A stretch of DNA of 62,362 nt, counting the filler. It is 3 parts of 3 records of this genome, joined end to end, with 100 filler letters (N's around TTAATTAATTAA, not from the genome) between each part and the next. Parts side by side here need not be neighbours in the genome. Positions count along the whole stretch, not along the records: positions 1 to 31,725 come from DRR723986_3058; 2 more parts are not named here. One strand, 5' to 3'. A program made the position numbers and the translations under genes. The notes under the pieces are model-generated. The model was not told the DNA's origin. It worked only from the letters and a program-made list of their open reading frames with translations, and searched no databases. Shown here one piece after another: positions 1 through 11,799 of the stretch. The first letter of the stretch is position 1; every line of letters starts with the position of its first letter.

Positions 1-165
1 CATGATGGTGGCCGGGTTGGAGTTCACCAGAATAACGCGGTAACCCTCTTCGCGCAGCGCCTTACAGGCTTGCGCACCGGAGTAGTCAAACTCACAGGCC
101 TGGCCGATGACAATCGGGCCGGCACCCAGGATCAAAATGGATTCTATGTCGGTTCTTTTGGGCAT
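1..165 (-). CDS. carB: Carbamoyl-phosphate synthase large subunit, N-terminal fragment (runs off window start)
   Basis: Manual translation from ATG at 165 gives [55 protein letters not shown], the canonical CarB N-terminus; GGAG RBS upstream; follows carA. Absent from the ORF track. Confidence 0.97.
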   Translation of the reverse strand, partial: MPKRTDIESILILGAGPIVIGQACEFDYSGAQACKALREEGYRVILVNSNPATIM

Positions 166-237
166 GTTGTCTCCGCTTTACGCTCAGCGAGAGCGGCTAC
201 TGCCGCCCCCGGTTGCGCAGGACGCAATCCGATAGTC

Positions 238-1386
238 TCAACCGGCCTTCTTGGCCTGGATTAACTCAATAAAGTGGTCAAACAAGGGCGCAATATCATG
301 CGGCCCCGGGCTAGCTTCTGGGTGTCCCTGGAAGCCAAACGCAGGTTTGTCATTGCGCTCAACCCCCTGCAAGGAGCCATCAAATAGCGACTTGTGGGTC
401 ACCGTCATGGTCGCCGGCAAGCTGTCTTCATCAACGGCAAAGCCGTGGTTCTGACTGGTGATGTGTACCACCTTGGTTTTTAAGTCCTGAACCGGATGGT
501 TGGCGCCGTGGTGGCCGAACTTCATCTTCATGGTCTTTGCACCTGATGCCAACGATAGCAGCTGGTGCCCCAGGCAGATGCCGAAGACCGGCAAGTCGGC
601 GTCGAGAATGTCTTTGATCGCAGCGATGGCGTAGTCACAGGGCTCTGGATCGCCGGGACCATTTGACAGGAAGACCCCATCGGGATTCATCGCCAGTACA
701 TCAGCTGCTGGCGTGGTTGCAGGCACCACGGTGAGGCGACAGCCGCGGTCGGCCAGCATACGTAAAATGTTGCGCTTTACGCCGAAGTCATAGGCAACAA
801 CATGGTGAGGCAAGTCGTCATCGCCCAGGACTTTATGACCCTCGCCCAGCTGCCATGCGCTTTCGCGCCACTCATAGCGCTCGGCAGTAGTCACCTCTTT
901 CGCCAGATCCATGCCTTTCAGGCCTGCAAAGCCCTTTGCCAATTCCAGTGCTTTGGCTTCATCTTCCGCGCCGAGGTCATCGCCGGCCAGCAGACAGCCA
1001 CCCTGAGCACCCTTGTCGCGCAAAATACGCGTCAGGCGGCGGGTATCTATCTCGGCGATGCCGACTATATTGCGCGCGCGCAAGTAGTCAGACAGGCTTT
1101 GCTCGCTGCGGAAACTGCTCGCCAACATGGGCAAATCGCGAATAACCAAGCCCGCAGACCAAATTTCTGCAGCTTCTTCGTCTTCTGAGTTAACACCGGT
1201 ATTGCCGATATGGGGATAGGTCAGCGTCACGATCTGACGCGCGTAGGAGGGATCGGTGAGAATCTCCTGATAACCCGTCATGGCGGTATTGAACACCACC
1301 TCCCCAACCGAGTGCCCGTGCGCACCGATTGCAACACCCCGAAAAATACTGCCGTCTTCTAGGGCGAGTATGGCTGTAACCGTCAA
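238..1386 (-). CDS. carA: Carbamoyl-phosphate synthase small subunit
   Basis: [29 protein letters not shown] and [11 protein letters not shown] motifs; TTG start after a GGAGG RBS. Confidence 0.98.
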   Translation of the reverse strand: MTVTAILALEDGSIFRGVAIGAHGHSVGEVVFNTAMTGYQEILTDPSYARQIVTLTYPHIGNTGVNSEDEEAAEIWSAGLVIRDLPMLASSFRSEQSLSDYLRARNIVGIAEIDTRRLTRILRDKGAQGGCLLAGDDLGAEDEAKALELAKGFAGLKGMDLAKEVTTAERYEWRESAWQLGEGHKVLGDDDLPHHVVAYDFGVKRNILRMLADRGCRLTVVPATTPAADVLAMNPDGVFLSNGPGDPEPCDYAIAAIKDILDADLPVFGICLGHQLLSLASGAKTMKMKFGHHGANHPVQDLKTKVVHITSQNHGFAVDEDSLPATMTVTHKSLFDGSLQGVERNDKPAFGFQGHPEASPGPHDIAPLFDHFIELIQAKKAG

Positions 1387-1477
1387 GATAACCTCCTGGA
1401 TCAGACTTGCGGCCGAGAGTCACCGCCGACAGCCGTCGGAACGATAACCAGGGAACCACAGAGGAAAATACGCGTGC

Positions 1478-1516
1478 AAAAAAGCGAGATGCGGTGAATC
1501 CCCATCTCGCTTTTTT
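1478..1516 (-). terminator. Intrinsic terminator-like hairpin in the carA leader (probable attenuator)
   Basis: AAAAAAGCGAGATG-loop-CATCTCGCTTTTTT inverted repeat about 90 nt upstream of the carA start, downstream of a TAAAAT -10-like element (1562-1567, minus strand). Confidence 0.7.
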
Positions 1517-1619
1517 ACGGGGTCTCGGGTGATTAAACCCGGCGCCCAAATCTGAAAAGAAATTTTACGCGAAGTTGGCAGCAGAATCCACCGCGACCGA
1601 CACGCTCACGGTGTAACTA

Positions 1620-2048
1620 TTACCCTTTGAGAGCCGCGACCATCTCCGCGGGCGCATCGACAGCACGCCCCAGCTCGGGAGAAACCACCAGATGGGCCGT
1701 TTTCGCCACCGCCACCGCGCGGCCGGAGCTCACATCGCTGACTCGGTAGGCGATATCAAAACCGCAGCGATGAAAGTCGCTGGCGGCAACATCAAAGCGC
1801 AATACCTCACCGTAATGCGCCTCGCTTAAGTAGCGCACCGCCATATCTGCATTCACCATACCCAGGCCATCGTCACGACCACCCTCGCGAACGCCGCGGC
1901 TTGCCAGGAAGCGCCCGCGCGCCTCGTTGAGCAAACTCACCAAGGCATCGTTACCCAGATGATTGCCAGCGTTAATATGGCTGCGCAACAAAGCAATATC
2001 GGTGCTGAACGGGAAGGTCTCGGGCACCGCAAACTCTAGCTTTGCCAT
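1620..2048 (-). CDS. Hotdog-fold acyl-CoA thioesterase family protein
   Basis: HINAGNHLGND...EAR pattern and 142 aa length, typical of the 4HBT-like family. Confidence 0.85.
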   Translation of the reverse strand: MAKLEFAVPETFPFSTDIALLRSHINAGNHLGNDALVSLLNEARGRFLASRGVREGGRDDGLGMVNADMAVRYLSEAHYGEVLRFDVAASDFHRCGFDIAYRVSDVSSGRAVAVAKTAHLVVSPELGRAVDAPAEMVAALKG

Positions 2049-2052
2049 CGAT

Positions 2053-4241
<2,189 letters not shown>

Positions 4242-4328
4242 AGTGTGTCGTCCAACCCGGATACCAGGGTCTCAGGATGGAGAAAAATGCGAGGCAAGTC
4301 GAGGGGAGGCCACCCTCCCCTCAACTAT

Positions 4329-5459
4329 TTACAGCTTCATGTCGTCAAAGAAGTCTTTAACGCCGTCAAACCAGCTTTTCTTGCGCGGCGACTGCTTGTC
4401 ATCGCCATCCAGCGTTGACTGGAACTCTTGCAGCAGCTCCTTTTGGCGCTTGCTCAACGATACCGGCGTTTCAACAACCACCTTACAGATCAAGTCACCA
4501 GTGCTGCCACCACGAACCGGCGTAATCCCCTTGCCGCGCAGGCGGAAAGACTTACCCGTTTGCGTCTCGGCGGGAATCTTCAGCTTTACACGGCCGTCAA
4601 GGGTGGGCACGTCCAACTCGCCACCGAGCGCCGCGTCGGCAAAACCAATGGGCACTTCGCAGTGAAGGTGCTTGCCATCGCGCTTGAAAATGGGGTGCGG
4701 GCGCACTGACATTTGCACATACAAATCGCCAGCGGGGCCGCCGTCGGGGCTAGCCTCACCCTCGCCGCTCAGGCGAATGCGGTCGCCAGTATCAACGCCG
4801 GGCGGCACTTTCACCGACAGCGTCTTGGTTTCCTCTACCCGGCCCTGACCATGACAGTCATTACACGGGTCGGAAATAATCGTCCCGGTACCCCGGCAAT
4901 TGGGGCAGGTTTGCTGCACAGCAAAGAAGCCCTGCTGCATGCGCACCTGACCCACACCATTACAGGTTCCACAGGTAAGCGGCGTCGAGCCTTTCTTGGC
5001 ACCGCTACCGTCACAGGTTTTACACGACACCAGAGTCGGAATACGGATTTTCGCCGTTGTTCCGCGCACCGCTTGCTCAAGATCGATCTCAAGCGTGTAG
5101 CGCAGATCCGCGCCGCGCTGCGGGCCACGCTGACGCCCCCCGCCACCGCCGCCAAAGATATCGCCAAAAACATCGCCAAAGATGTCGCTGAAGCCAGCGC
5201 CACCTGCGCCGCCACCGAAACCTCCGGCACCGCCACCTACCGCGTCGTGACCAAAGCGGTCATACGCTGAGCGTTTCTCAGAATCCGACAGCACCTCGTA
5301 GGCCTCTGTCGCCTCTTTGAAAATATCTTCCGCCTTGGGGTCATCCGGGTTGCGGTCCGGGTGATTCTTCATGGCGATACGGCGATAGGCTTTTTTAATT
5401 TCCTTCTCGTCCGAATCTCGGGACACGCCCAGTATTTCGTAGTAATCGCGTTTTGACAT
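4329..5459 (-). CDS. dnaJ: Chaperone DnaJ
   Basis: J domain with HPD, G/F-rich linker and four CxxCxGxG zinc repeats. Confidence 0.99.
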   Translation of the reverse strand: MSKRDYYEILGVSRDSDEKEIKKAYRRIAMKNHPDRNPDDPKAEDIFKEATEAYEVLSDSEKRSAYDRFGHDAVGGGAGGFGGGAGGAGFSDIFGDVFGDIFGGGGGGRQRGPQRGADLRYTLEIDLEQAVRGTTAKIRIPTLVSCKTCDGSGAKKGSTPLTCGTCNGVGQVRMQQGFFAVQQTCPNCRGTGTIISDPCNDCHGQGRVEETKTLSVKVPPGVDTGDRIRLSGEGEASPDGGPAGDLYVQMSVRPHPIFKRDGKHLHCEVPIGFADAALGGELDVPTLDGRVKLKIPAETQTGKSFRLRGKGITPVRGGSTGDLICKVVVETPVSLSKRQKELLQEFQSTLDGDDKQSPRKKSWFDGVKDFFDDMKL

Positions 5460-5632
5460 CGTCTCGCTTCACGCTGTGTTGGGCGCAGACAAACCCCGCA
5501 AGCCCAGTAAAAATTCAATCTCTCATCACACGCGAAACGGGAGCGGGCCAAACGCCCTGCAAAACCCTAAGGTTTTAGCGCCTCCCTTCTCCCGTTCACG
5601 CCAGCAACGCGGGGCAGAGCCCCGCCCGCCGC

Positions 5633-7558
5633 TTACTTCTTGTCGTCGTCTTTGACTTCTTCAAACTCCGCATCGACAACGTCGTCGCCGGCCGCTGAGG
5701 CTTCTGGCTGCTCACCGCCTGCCGCTTCCGCTTCTGCCGCTTGCTCGGCGTACATCTTTTGCGCCAGGCCCGCAGAGGCTTCGCTAAGCTCTTTGGCAGC
5801 CGCTTCGATGGCCTCGACGTCGTCGCCTTTAACGGCCTCGTCAACCTTCACCAGCGCTGCTTCAATGGCTGACTTCTCTTCGTCACTCGCCTTATCGCCC
5901 GCTTCTTCCAGCGTTTTGCGAGTCGCGTTAGCCAGACCTTCGGCGTTGTTGCGCGCAGTGACCAGCGCCTCAAACTTCTTGTCAGCTTCGGCATTCGCCT
6001 CGGCATCGCGCACCATTTGCTCGATCTCGTCCTCGTTCAAGCCGCTGGAAGCAGTGATGCGAATAGACTGCTCCTTGCCAGTTGCCTTGTCTTTGGCCGA
6101 TACATGCAAAATACCGTTGGCGTCGATGTCGAAGGTTACTTCGATCTGCGGCAGGCCGCGCGGTGCCGGCGGAATGTCCGCAAGGTCGAAACGACCGAGT
6201 GACTTGTTCGCCGACGCCTGCTTACGCTCACCCTGAACCACGTGAATGGTTACGGCAGTCTGGTTGTCTTCCGCAGTCGAGAACACCTGCGACTTCTTCG
6301 TTGGGATAGTCGTGTTCTTCTCGATCAGCGGTGTTGCCACACCACCCATGGTTTCAATACCCAGGCTCAGCGGGGTGACGTCGAGCAGCAATACGTCTTT
6401 TACATCACCCGACAGTACCGCACCTTGCAGGGCAGCACCCATCGCAACGGCCTCATCCGGGTTCACGTCACGGCGCGGCTCTTTGCCGAAGAATTCAGTC
6501 ACTTTAGACTGCACCAGCGGCATACGCGTCTGACCACCAACCAGAATCACTTCGTCAACCTCAGAGGCAGACAAACCGGCATCTTGCAGCGCCGTTTTCA
6601 TTGGCTCCAGCGAACGCTTCACCAAATCCTCAACCAGCGACTCCAACTTGGCACGGCTCAATTTAACAACCAAGTGCTTAGGACCGGTGGCATCTGCCGT
6701 GATGTAAGGCAGGTTAACCTCGGTTTGCTGACTGGAAGACAATTCGATCTTCGCTTTTTCAGCCGCTTCTTTCAGGCGCTGAACTGCCAGCGAGTCACCT
6801 TTCAGGTCAATACCGTTTTCTTTCTTGAACTCTTCCGCCAGGTAATCAATCAGGCGCAGGTCAAAATCCTCACCACCCAGGAAGGTGTCACCGTTGGTCG
6901 CCAGCACTTCAAATTGGTGCTCGCCATCCACCTCGGCAATTTCGATGATCGAGATATCGAAGGTACCACCACCCAGGTCGTACACGGCTACGGTGCGATC
7001 GCCCTTGGCCTTGTCCATACCGTAGGCCAGTGCAGCCGCCGTCGGCTCGTTGATAATCCGCTTCACTTCCAGACCAGCGATACGGCCGGCATCTTTAGTC
7101 GCCTGACGCTGAGAGTCGTTAAAGTAAGCAGGAACCGTGATAACCGCCTCGGTGATTTTTTCACCCAGGTAGTCTTCAGCGGTTTTCTTCATTTTCTTCA
7201 GTACTTCCGCAGAGATCTGCGGGGGTGCCAGCTTTTCACCCTTTACTTCAACCCAGGCATCGCCGTTGTCGGCTTTGCTGATGGTGTAAGGCACCATCTT
7301 GATGTCTTTTTGAACAACATCGTCCTCAAAGCGGCGACCGATCAGGCGCTTAACCGCATACAGGGTGTTGTTCGGGTTCGTCACCGCCTGACGTTTGGCG
7401 CTCTGACCAACCAGAATTTCATTGTCGTCAGTGTAAGCAACAATAGAAGGCGTGGTGCGACCACCCTCGGCATTCTCAATAACCTTTACCTTGTCGCCAT
7501 CCATTACCGCCACACAGGAGTTGGTGGTGCCAAGGTCGATACCAATAATTTTACCCAT
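5633..7558 (-). CDS. dnaK: Chaperone DnaK (Hsp70)
   Basis: [14 protein letters not shown] start (ATG at 7558 preferred over the ORF-track start), DLGGGTFD and VDAEFEEV tail. Confidence 0.99.
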   Translation of the reverse strand: MGKIIGIDLGTTNSCVAVMDGDKVKVIENAEGGRTTPSIVAYTDDNEILVGQSAKRQAVTNPNNTLYAVKRLIGRRFEDDVVQKDIKMVPYTISKADNGDAWVEVKGEKLAPPQISAEVLKKMKKTAEDYLGEKITEAVITVPAYFNDSQRQATKDAGRIAGLEVKRIINEPTAAALAYGMDKAKGDRTVAVYDLGGGTFDISIIEIAEVDGEHQFEVLATNGDTFLGGEDFDLRLIDYLAEEFKKENGIDLKGDSLAVQRLKEAAEKAKIELSSSQQTEVNLPYITADATGPKHLVVKLSRAKLESLVEDLVKRSLEPMKTALQDAGLSASEVDEVILVGGQTRMPLVQSKVTEFFGKEPRRDVNPDEAVAMGAALQGAVLSGDVKDVLLLDVTPLSLGIETMGGVATPLIEKNTTIPTKKSQVFSTAEDNQTAVTIHVVQGERKQASANKSLGRFDLADIPPAPRGLPQIEVTFDIDANGILHVSAKDKATGKEQSIRITASSGLNEDEIEQMVRDAEANAEADKKFEALVTARNNAEGLANATRKTLEEAGDKASDEEKSAIEAALVKVDEAVKGDDVEAIEAAAKELSEASAGLAQKMYAEQAAEAEAAGGEQPEASAAGDDVVDAEFEEVKDDDKK

Positions 7559-7628
7559 AACTTTTCTCCGCATTCGCTGTTTACTGCGCGAGGCACCCAG
7601 GCCCCGTTAAACTCTGTTCTTGCTGTAG

Positions 7629-7656
7629 ATATTGGTCCGTTTTTCTCAATTTCAAG
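7629..7656 (-). promoter_or_regulatory. Sigma-32 (RpoH)-type promoter for dnaK
   Basis: Minus strand reads CTTGAA-attgagaaaaacgga-CCAATAT, close to the CTTGAA...CCCCATNT consensus. Confidence 0.65.
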
Positions 7657-7692
7657 CCGGCCATCAACATCTCAGGTGTGAATATTTGGCAG

Positions 7693-8280
7693 TTACTCCG
7701 CCTTCGCGACCACAACCATAGCCGCGCGCAGCAGGCGCCCGTTCAGGGTGTAGCCCTTTTGCATCACATCAATCACCGAGTTCGGCTCCGCACTCGGGTT
7801 AGGCACCATCGCCATCGCCTCGTGGAATTCCGGGTCAAATGGCTGACCTGTTGGATCGATCTGTTCAACATTGTGGCGCGCCAGCGCATCCAGCAATGAT
7901 TTGCGCGTCAACTCCACACCTTCAAGAATCGGCTTCAGCGCCTCGTCTTCGGTATCGGCAGCCGCAAGCGCGCGATCCAGGTTGTCCGCCACGCTCAACA
8001 TATCCCCGGCGAACTTCTCCAGCGCAAACTTGCGCGCGTTCTCGGCATCTTTCTCGGCGCGGCGACGTACGTTCTGCGCCTCTGCTACAGCGCGCAACGC
8101 CTGCTCTTTGGCATTGGCCGCCTCTTCACGCGCGGCGTCCAGCTGCGCCTGAAGATCATCTCCCGCATCGGCGCCCTGCTCTTCAGCAACCTGCTCAACC
8201 GATTCTGCCTGCTCCGCTGCCAGCTCTTCAGCCGCGGCTGTTTTATCTTGTTCCTCTGCCACCTTAGCAGCCTCCTTCAT
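7693..8280 (-). CDS. grpE: Nucleotide exchange factor GrpE
   Basis: [22 protein letters not shown] and [16 protein letters not shown] motifs. Confidence 0.98.
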   Translation of the reverse strand: MKEAAKVAEEQDKTAAAEELAAEQAESVEQVAEEQGADAGDDLQAQLDAAREEAANAKEQALRAVAEAQNVRRRAEKDAENARKFALEKFAGDMLSVADNLDRALAAADTEDEALKPILEGVELTRKSLLDALARHNVEQIDPTGQPFDPEFHEAMAMVPNPSAEPNSVIDVMQKGYTLNGRLLRAAMVVVAKAE

Positions 8281-8339
8281 TTCGCCGGACGGCCCAGCCG
8301 CCCAATAACTTCCGCACCCCGAGGGTGAGCTTCCCCGTG

Positions 8340-8366
8340 TATGGGGGCTCTGCCAGGTTTTTCAAG
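8340..8366 (-). promoter_or_regulatory. Sigma-32 (RpoH)-type promoter for grpE-dnaK-dnaJ
   Basis: Minus strand reads CTTGAA-aaacctggcagagc-CCCCATA, a near-perfect consensus. Confidence 0.85.
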
Positions 8367-8425
8367 GCCGTCGGTATTTTTAATTCCCGGAACGCAACCA
8401 GGGCTTGAGCGGGCACAGCCAACTA

Positions 8426-8441
8426 CTGTATAAATAACCAT
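8426..8441 (+). promoter_or_regulatory. Imperfect LexA (SOS) box overlapping the recN -10 region
   Basis: CTGTATAAATAACCAT versus CTG-N10-CAG: one mismatch in the right half-site. TTGAGC (8405) and TATAAA (8429) are promoter-like. Confidence 0.55.
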
Positions 8442-8466
8442 ACATCTTCATTTTGGAGCCGCCACC

Positions 8467-10134
8467 ATGCTGGTTCATTTAAGCGTCAGCAATTTCGCCA
8501 TCACCCAAGCCCTGGAAATCGAGCTACAGCCGGGAATGACGGTATTAACAGGCGAGACCGGCGCCGGCAAATCGATCATGCTCGACGCACTCGGCCTGAC
8601 ACTGGGCGACCGCGCAGACAGCGGCGTTGTGCGGGCGGGCGCCGAACGCGCCGATATCCACGCCGAATTCGATATCAGCGATATTCCCCTGGCCCGCCAA
8701 TGGCTGCAGGAGCGAGAGCTGCTAGCGGGCAACGAATGCCGGCTGCGCCGAGTAATCACCAAAGAGGGGCGGTCGCGCGCCTATATCAACGGCCAGCCCG
8801 CCACCGTAAACGACACCAAAGAGCTCGGCGGCCTGCTCATTGATATTCACAGCCAGCACGCCCATCAGTCCCTGCTTAAAAAGCCCTATCAACGCCAGCT
8901 GCTCGACGCCTTTGCCGGCGCCAGCGAACTGTGCAGCTCACTGGGGGAAGACTGCCTGCGCTATCAGCGCATTAGCAAACGTCTCAACGAACTCGAAAGC
9001 CACCTCGATGAGCAAAACGCCCAGGAACAACTGCTGCGCTACCAACTCGACGAACTAGAGCGCCTCGATATTCAGCCCGGCGAAATTGAAGAACTGGAGA
9101 TCCAACAAAAGCAGCTCGCCAATGCCGAGCAAATTCTGGCCGCTAACCACCACAGCCTGGCGCTGTGCCGCGAAGGCGAGGTCAACGCGATGGGTATTTT
9201 GCATCAAGCGCTCTCGTCACTGAGCGGCTGTCAGCACGGCCACCCAGCGCAAGAAGCCGCCATCAGTCTGATTGAAAGCGCGCGCATTCAGATCGAAGAG
9301 GCCGCCAGCGAACTGCAGCGCGTCACCGACGAAACGGAACTGGACCCCCAGCGCCTGCAAGACGTTGAACAACGGCTCGACGCCATCTACCAAACCGCGC
9401 GCAAACACAAGATCCAACCCGAAGAACTTCCCGAGCTGCAACAATCGCTGCAACAGCAGCTCGAGCAGCTCGACGCAACCGATGAAAAGCTCGATGCCAT
9501 GCGCCAGGAGCAACAGCAGGCGCTCAGCAACTACCAGAGCAAAGCCAAGAAGCTGAGCAAGCTGCGCAGCGCCGCCGCGTTAAAAATGAAAAAACGCATT
9601 GAGGGCAAACTGGGCGAACTGGCAATGAAACACTGCGAAGTGGAGTTTGCCATTATTCCTCTTGCTGACGATGAGCCGCACAGCCACGGCGCCGAAGACA
9701 TCGAAATTCGCATTCGCAGCAACCCCAACGCCGCAATGGGCCCGCTGCATAAAATTGCCTCGGGCGGCGAATTGTCGCGTATCAGCCTGGCCATACAAGT
9801 CGTCACCGCTCAGGTTGCCGCGGTTCCGACAATCGTCTTCGACGAGGTGGACGTGGGTATTGGCGGGGCGACCGCAGAAATTGTCGGCCAGCTACTCAAC
9901 GACCTGGGCAAACGCAGCCAAGTGCTGTGCGTCACCCACCAGGCACAGGTGGCCAGCCAGGGCGACCACCACATTCGCGTTAAGAAAACCGGCAACAAGA
10001 CGGCCTTGCGAACCGAGCTGGAGCCGCTGGCAGAAGATCAAAAAATCGAGGAAATTGCCCGAATGCTGGGCGGGATAGCGATAACCGAGAATACCTTGGC
10101 ACACGCCAGAGAAATGCTCGGCATACGCCACTGA
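8467..10134 (+). CDS. recN: DNA repair protein RecN
   Basis: Walker A GETGAGKS, coiled coil, signature SGGELSR, Walker B FDEVD and CVTH. Confidence 0.98.
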   Translation: MLVHLSVSNFAITQALEIELQPGMTVLTGETGAGKSIMLDALGLTLGDRADSGVVRAGAERADIHAEFDISDIPLARQWLQERELLAGNECRLRRVITKEGRSRAYINGQPATVNDTKELGGLLIDIHSQHAHQSLLKKPYQRQLLDAFAGASELCSSLGEDCLRYQRISKRLNELESHLDEQNAQEQLLRYQLDELERLDIQPGEIEELEIQQKQLANAEQILAANHHSLALCREGEVNAMGILHQALSSLSGCQHGHPAQEAAISLIESARIQIEEAASELQRVTDETELDPQRLQDVEQRLDAIYQTARKHKIQPEELPELQQSLQQQLEQLDATDEKLDAMRQEQQQALSNYQSKAKKLSKLRSAAALKMKKRIEGKLGELAMKHCEVEFAIIPLADDEPHSHGAEDIEIRIRSNPNAAMGPLHKIASGGELSRISLAIQVVTAQVAAVPTIVFDEVDVGIGGATAEIVGQLLNDLGKRSQVLCVTHQAQVASQGDHHIRVKKTGNKTALRTELEPLAEDQKIEEIARMLGGIAITENTLAHAREMLGIRH

Positions 10135-10167
10135 ACGCGGGCGGCAGCGCCGCCCGCAAGATAAGCG

Positions 10168-10581
10168 TTACTTCTTGGGACGAACGTACAACACCAAGCT
10201 GTGATCGACGAGTTCAAAGCCGCGCTCTTCCACCAGTTTGTGTTGGCGCTCTTCAATGACATCGTCGTAAAACTCGATCACCTCACCACTCTCCATACAT
10301 ACGATATGGTCGTGGTGCTCGCCCTTGGCCAATTCAAAAACGGAATGCCCGGCCTCAAAGTTGTGGCGCACCACCAAGCCGGCGGCCTCAAACTGAGTGA
10401 GAACACGGTAAACGGTCGCCAGGCCCACATCTTCACCAGACTCCATCAGCGAACGGTAGACATCTTCCGCACTGAAGTGCTGATTTTCAGCTTCGGCCTG
10501 CTCAAGCAGTTGTAGAATTTTTACCCGAGGTAGGGTGACTTTAAGCCCAGCTTTGCGGAGCTCTTGATTTTCGCTTGACAT
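10168..10581 (-). CDS. fur: Ferric uptake regulator
   Basis: GLKVTLPR, GLATVYRVLTQF and HHDH motifs; divergent from bamE. Confidence 0.97.
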   Translation of the reverse strand: MSSENQELRKAGLKVTLPRVKILQLLEQAEAENQHFSAEDVYRSLMESGEDVGLATVYRVLTQFEAAGLVVRHNFEAGHSVFELAKGEHHDHIVCMESGEVIEFYDDVIEERQHKLVEERGFELVDHSLVLYVRPKK

Positions 10582-10655
10582 AAACCACTGACCTTAGCGT
10601 TGTGTTTAGGTTTGCGCTATTATCCCTGCCTCTGCGAGTGATTGGAACCCTGACT

Positions 10656-11036
10656 ATGTTTTTGCGTATTGCTACCGCCAGCCTGGTAATTCTGCTTGGC
10701 GCCTGCAGCTCTCTGGAGTTTCCCGGCGTTTACCGCCTGCCCATCGATCAGGGCAATATCATCACCCAGGAAATGGTAGATCAGCTTGAAATCGGTATGA
10801 GCCGCAGCCAGGTTGAATACGTTATGGGCACGCCGCTGATTCGCGACAGCTTTAACCCCGACCGCTGGGATTATGTGTACACGCTGAATAAAGAAGGCAA
10901 GCCCGCCGAGCGCCATCAGCTCAGCGCGTACTTCCAGGGCGACAAACTGGTGCGCATTGTTACCGACGTTAAACCGTCAGCCGAGGGGAAAATTAGCAGC
11001 AGCGCCGAGGCCGACGCCCAGCCCGCCAGCGAATAA
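10656..11036 (+). CDS. bamE: Outer membrane protein assembly factor BamE (OmlA/SmpA lipoprotein)
   Basis: Lipobox LGAC, QGN, GMSRSQV...GTP and RWDY; ATG at 10656 preferred. Confidence 0.95.
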   Translation: MFLRIATASLVILLGACSSLEFPGVYRLPIDQGNIITQEMVDQLEIGMSRSQVEYVMGTPLIRDSFNPDRWDYVYTLNKEGKPAERHQLSAYFQGDKLVRIVTDVKPSAEGKISSSAEADAQPASE

Positions 11037-11041
11037 GCAGG

Positions 11042-11353
11042 TCAAGCCTGCTTGCGCGCCTTGGCTTTAGCCGCCCGCTGTTTGCGAACCTCTTTCGGGT
11101 CGGCGATCAGCGGCCGGTAGATCTCTACGCGCTCGCCGTCGTTGAGCGCCTGCGTATCAGGCTTGCTCACTACCTTGCCGAAAATCCCCACATCCGCACT
11201 GGACAAATCCAGCTCGGGAAACTGGCTGTCCAGCCCCGACTGCATTACCGCATCGCGAACCGTCGACCCAGCGGGTAACTCTAACGCCACAATGCGCTGC
11301 TTATCCGCGAGTGCATAGGCGACTTCAACATGTACTGTTTGATTGTTATCCAT
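11042..11353 (-). CDS. rnfH: RnfH/RatB ubiquitin-like protein
   Basis: VEVAYA, GIFGK and GERVEIYRPLIADPKEVR; ATG at 11353. Confidence 0.93.
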   Translation of the reverse strand: MDNNQTVHVEVAYALADKQRIVALELPAGSTVRDAVMQSGLDSQFPELDLSSADVGIFGKVVSKPDTQALNDGERVEIYRPLIADPKEVRKQRAAKAKARKQA

Positions 11354-11777
11354 ATTGCTCTTTCGCACGTTTAACCAGGGCATCGACCAAGTTATTGGCC
11401 ACAGAATTAAATAATTGACGCGTCGCCGCACCCGCCAGCGCATTGCTCAACGCAAATCGCAGATGCAGGCTCACCTTGCAGGCTTTGTCACCCAGCGCCA
11501 ATAGCTCCCATTCGCCGCGCAGCTTTTCGAAGGGGCCGTCGAGCAGCTCCAGCACAATGCGGCGCGGCGGCGTAAGTTGATTTCGCGTGCTAAAGCTCAT
11601 TTTGATCCCCGCTCGCGACAAATCCAGCCTCGCCTCCATCATCGACTCATCCGCCAGCAGCACCTCAGCGCCGACGCAGCCGTCCATATACTCCGGGTAG
11701 GCTTCAACATCGTTAATAAGCTGATATATCAATTCTGCTGAGTATGGCAGCAGCGCGCTGCGGCGAATATCGTTCAT
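11346..11777 (-). CDS. ratA: RatA/PasT (Coq10-like START domain) protein
   Basis: RSALLPYSA, DVEAYPEY, GPF..L.G.W and ALVKRA motifs; paired with rnfH near smpB. Confidence 0.93.
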   Translation of the reverse strand: MNDIRRSALLPYSAELIYQLINDVEAYPEYMDGCVGAEVLLADESMMEARLDLSRAGIKMSFSTRNQLTPPRRIVLELLDGPFEKLRGEWELLALGDKACKVSLHLRFALSNALAGAATRQLFNSVANNLVDALVKRAKEQYG

Positions 11778-11799
11778 GCGGAGGGCTTCCGGTACTGGG

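Noticed and set aside
1190-1549. 119-aa ORF crossing the carA leader, considered as a leader peptide
   Set aside because: TTG start with no clear RBS, and it overlaps carA out of frame; unsupported.
6242-7681. 479-aa plus-strand ORF antisense to dnaK, and similar shadow ORFs over dnaJ, dapB and ppk1
   Set aside because: Long antisense frames opposite dnaK are a well-known result of codon bias; there is no independent motif or RBS evidence.
11042-11777. ratA-rnfH as a novel toxin-antitoxin or ubiquitin-like defence system
   Set aside because: A conserved housekeeping pair beside smpB and bamE; RatA is a Coq10-like protein.
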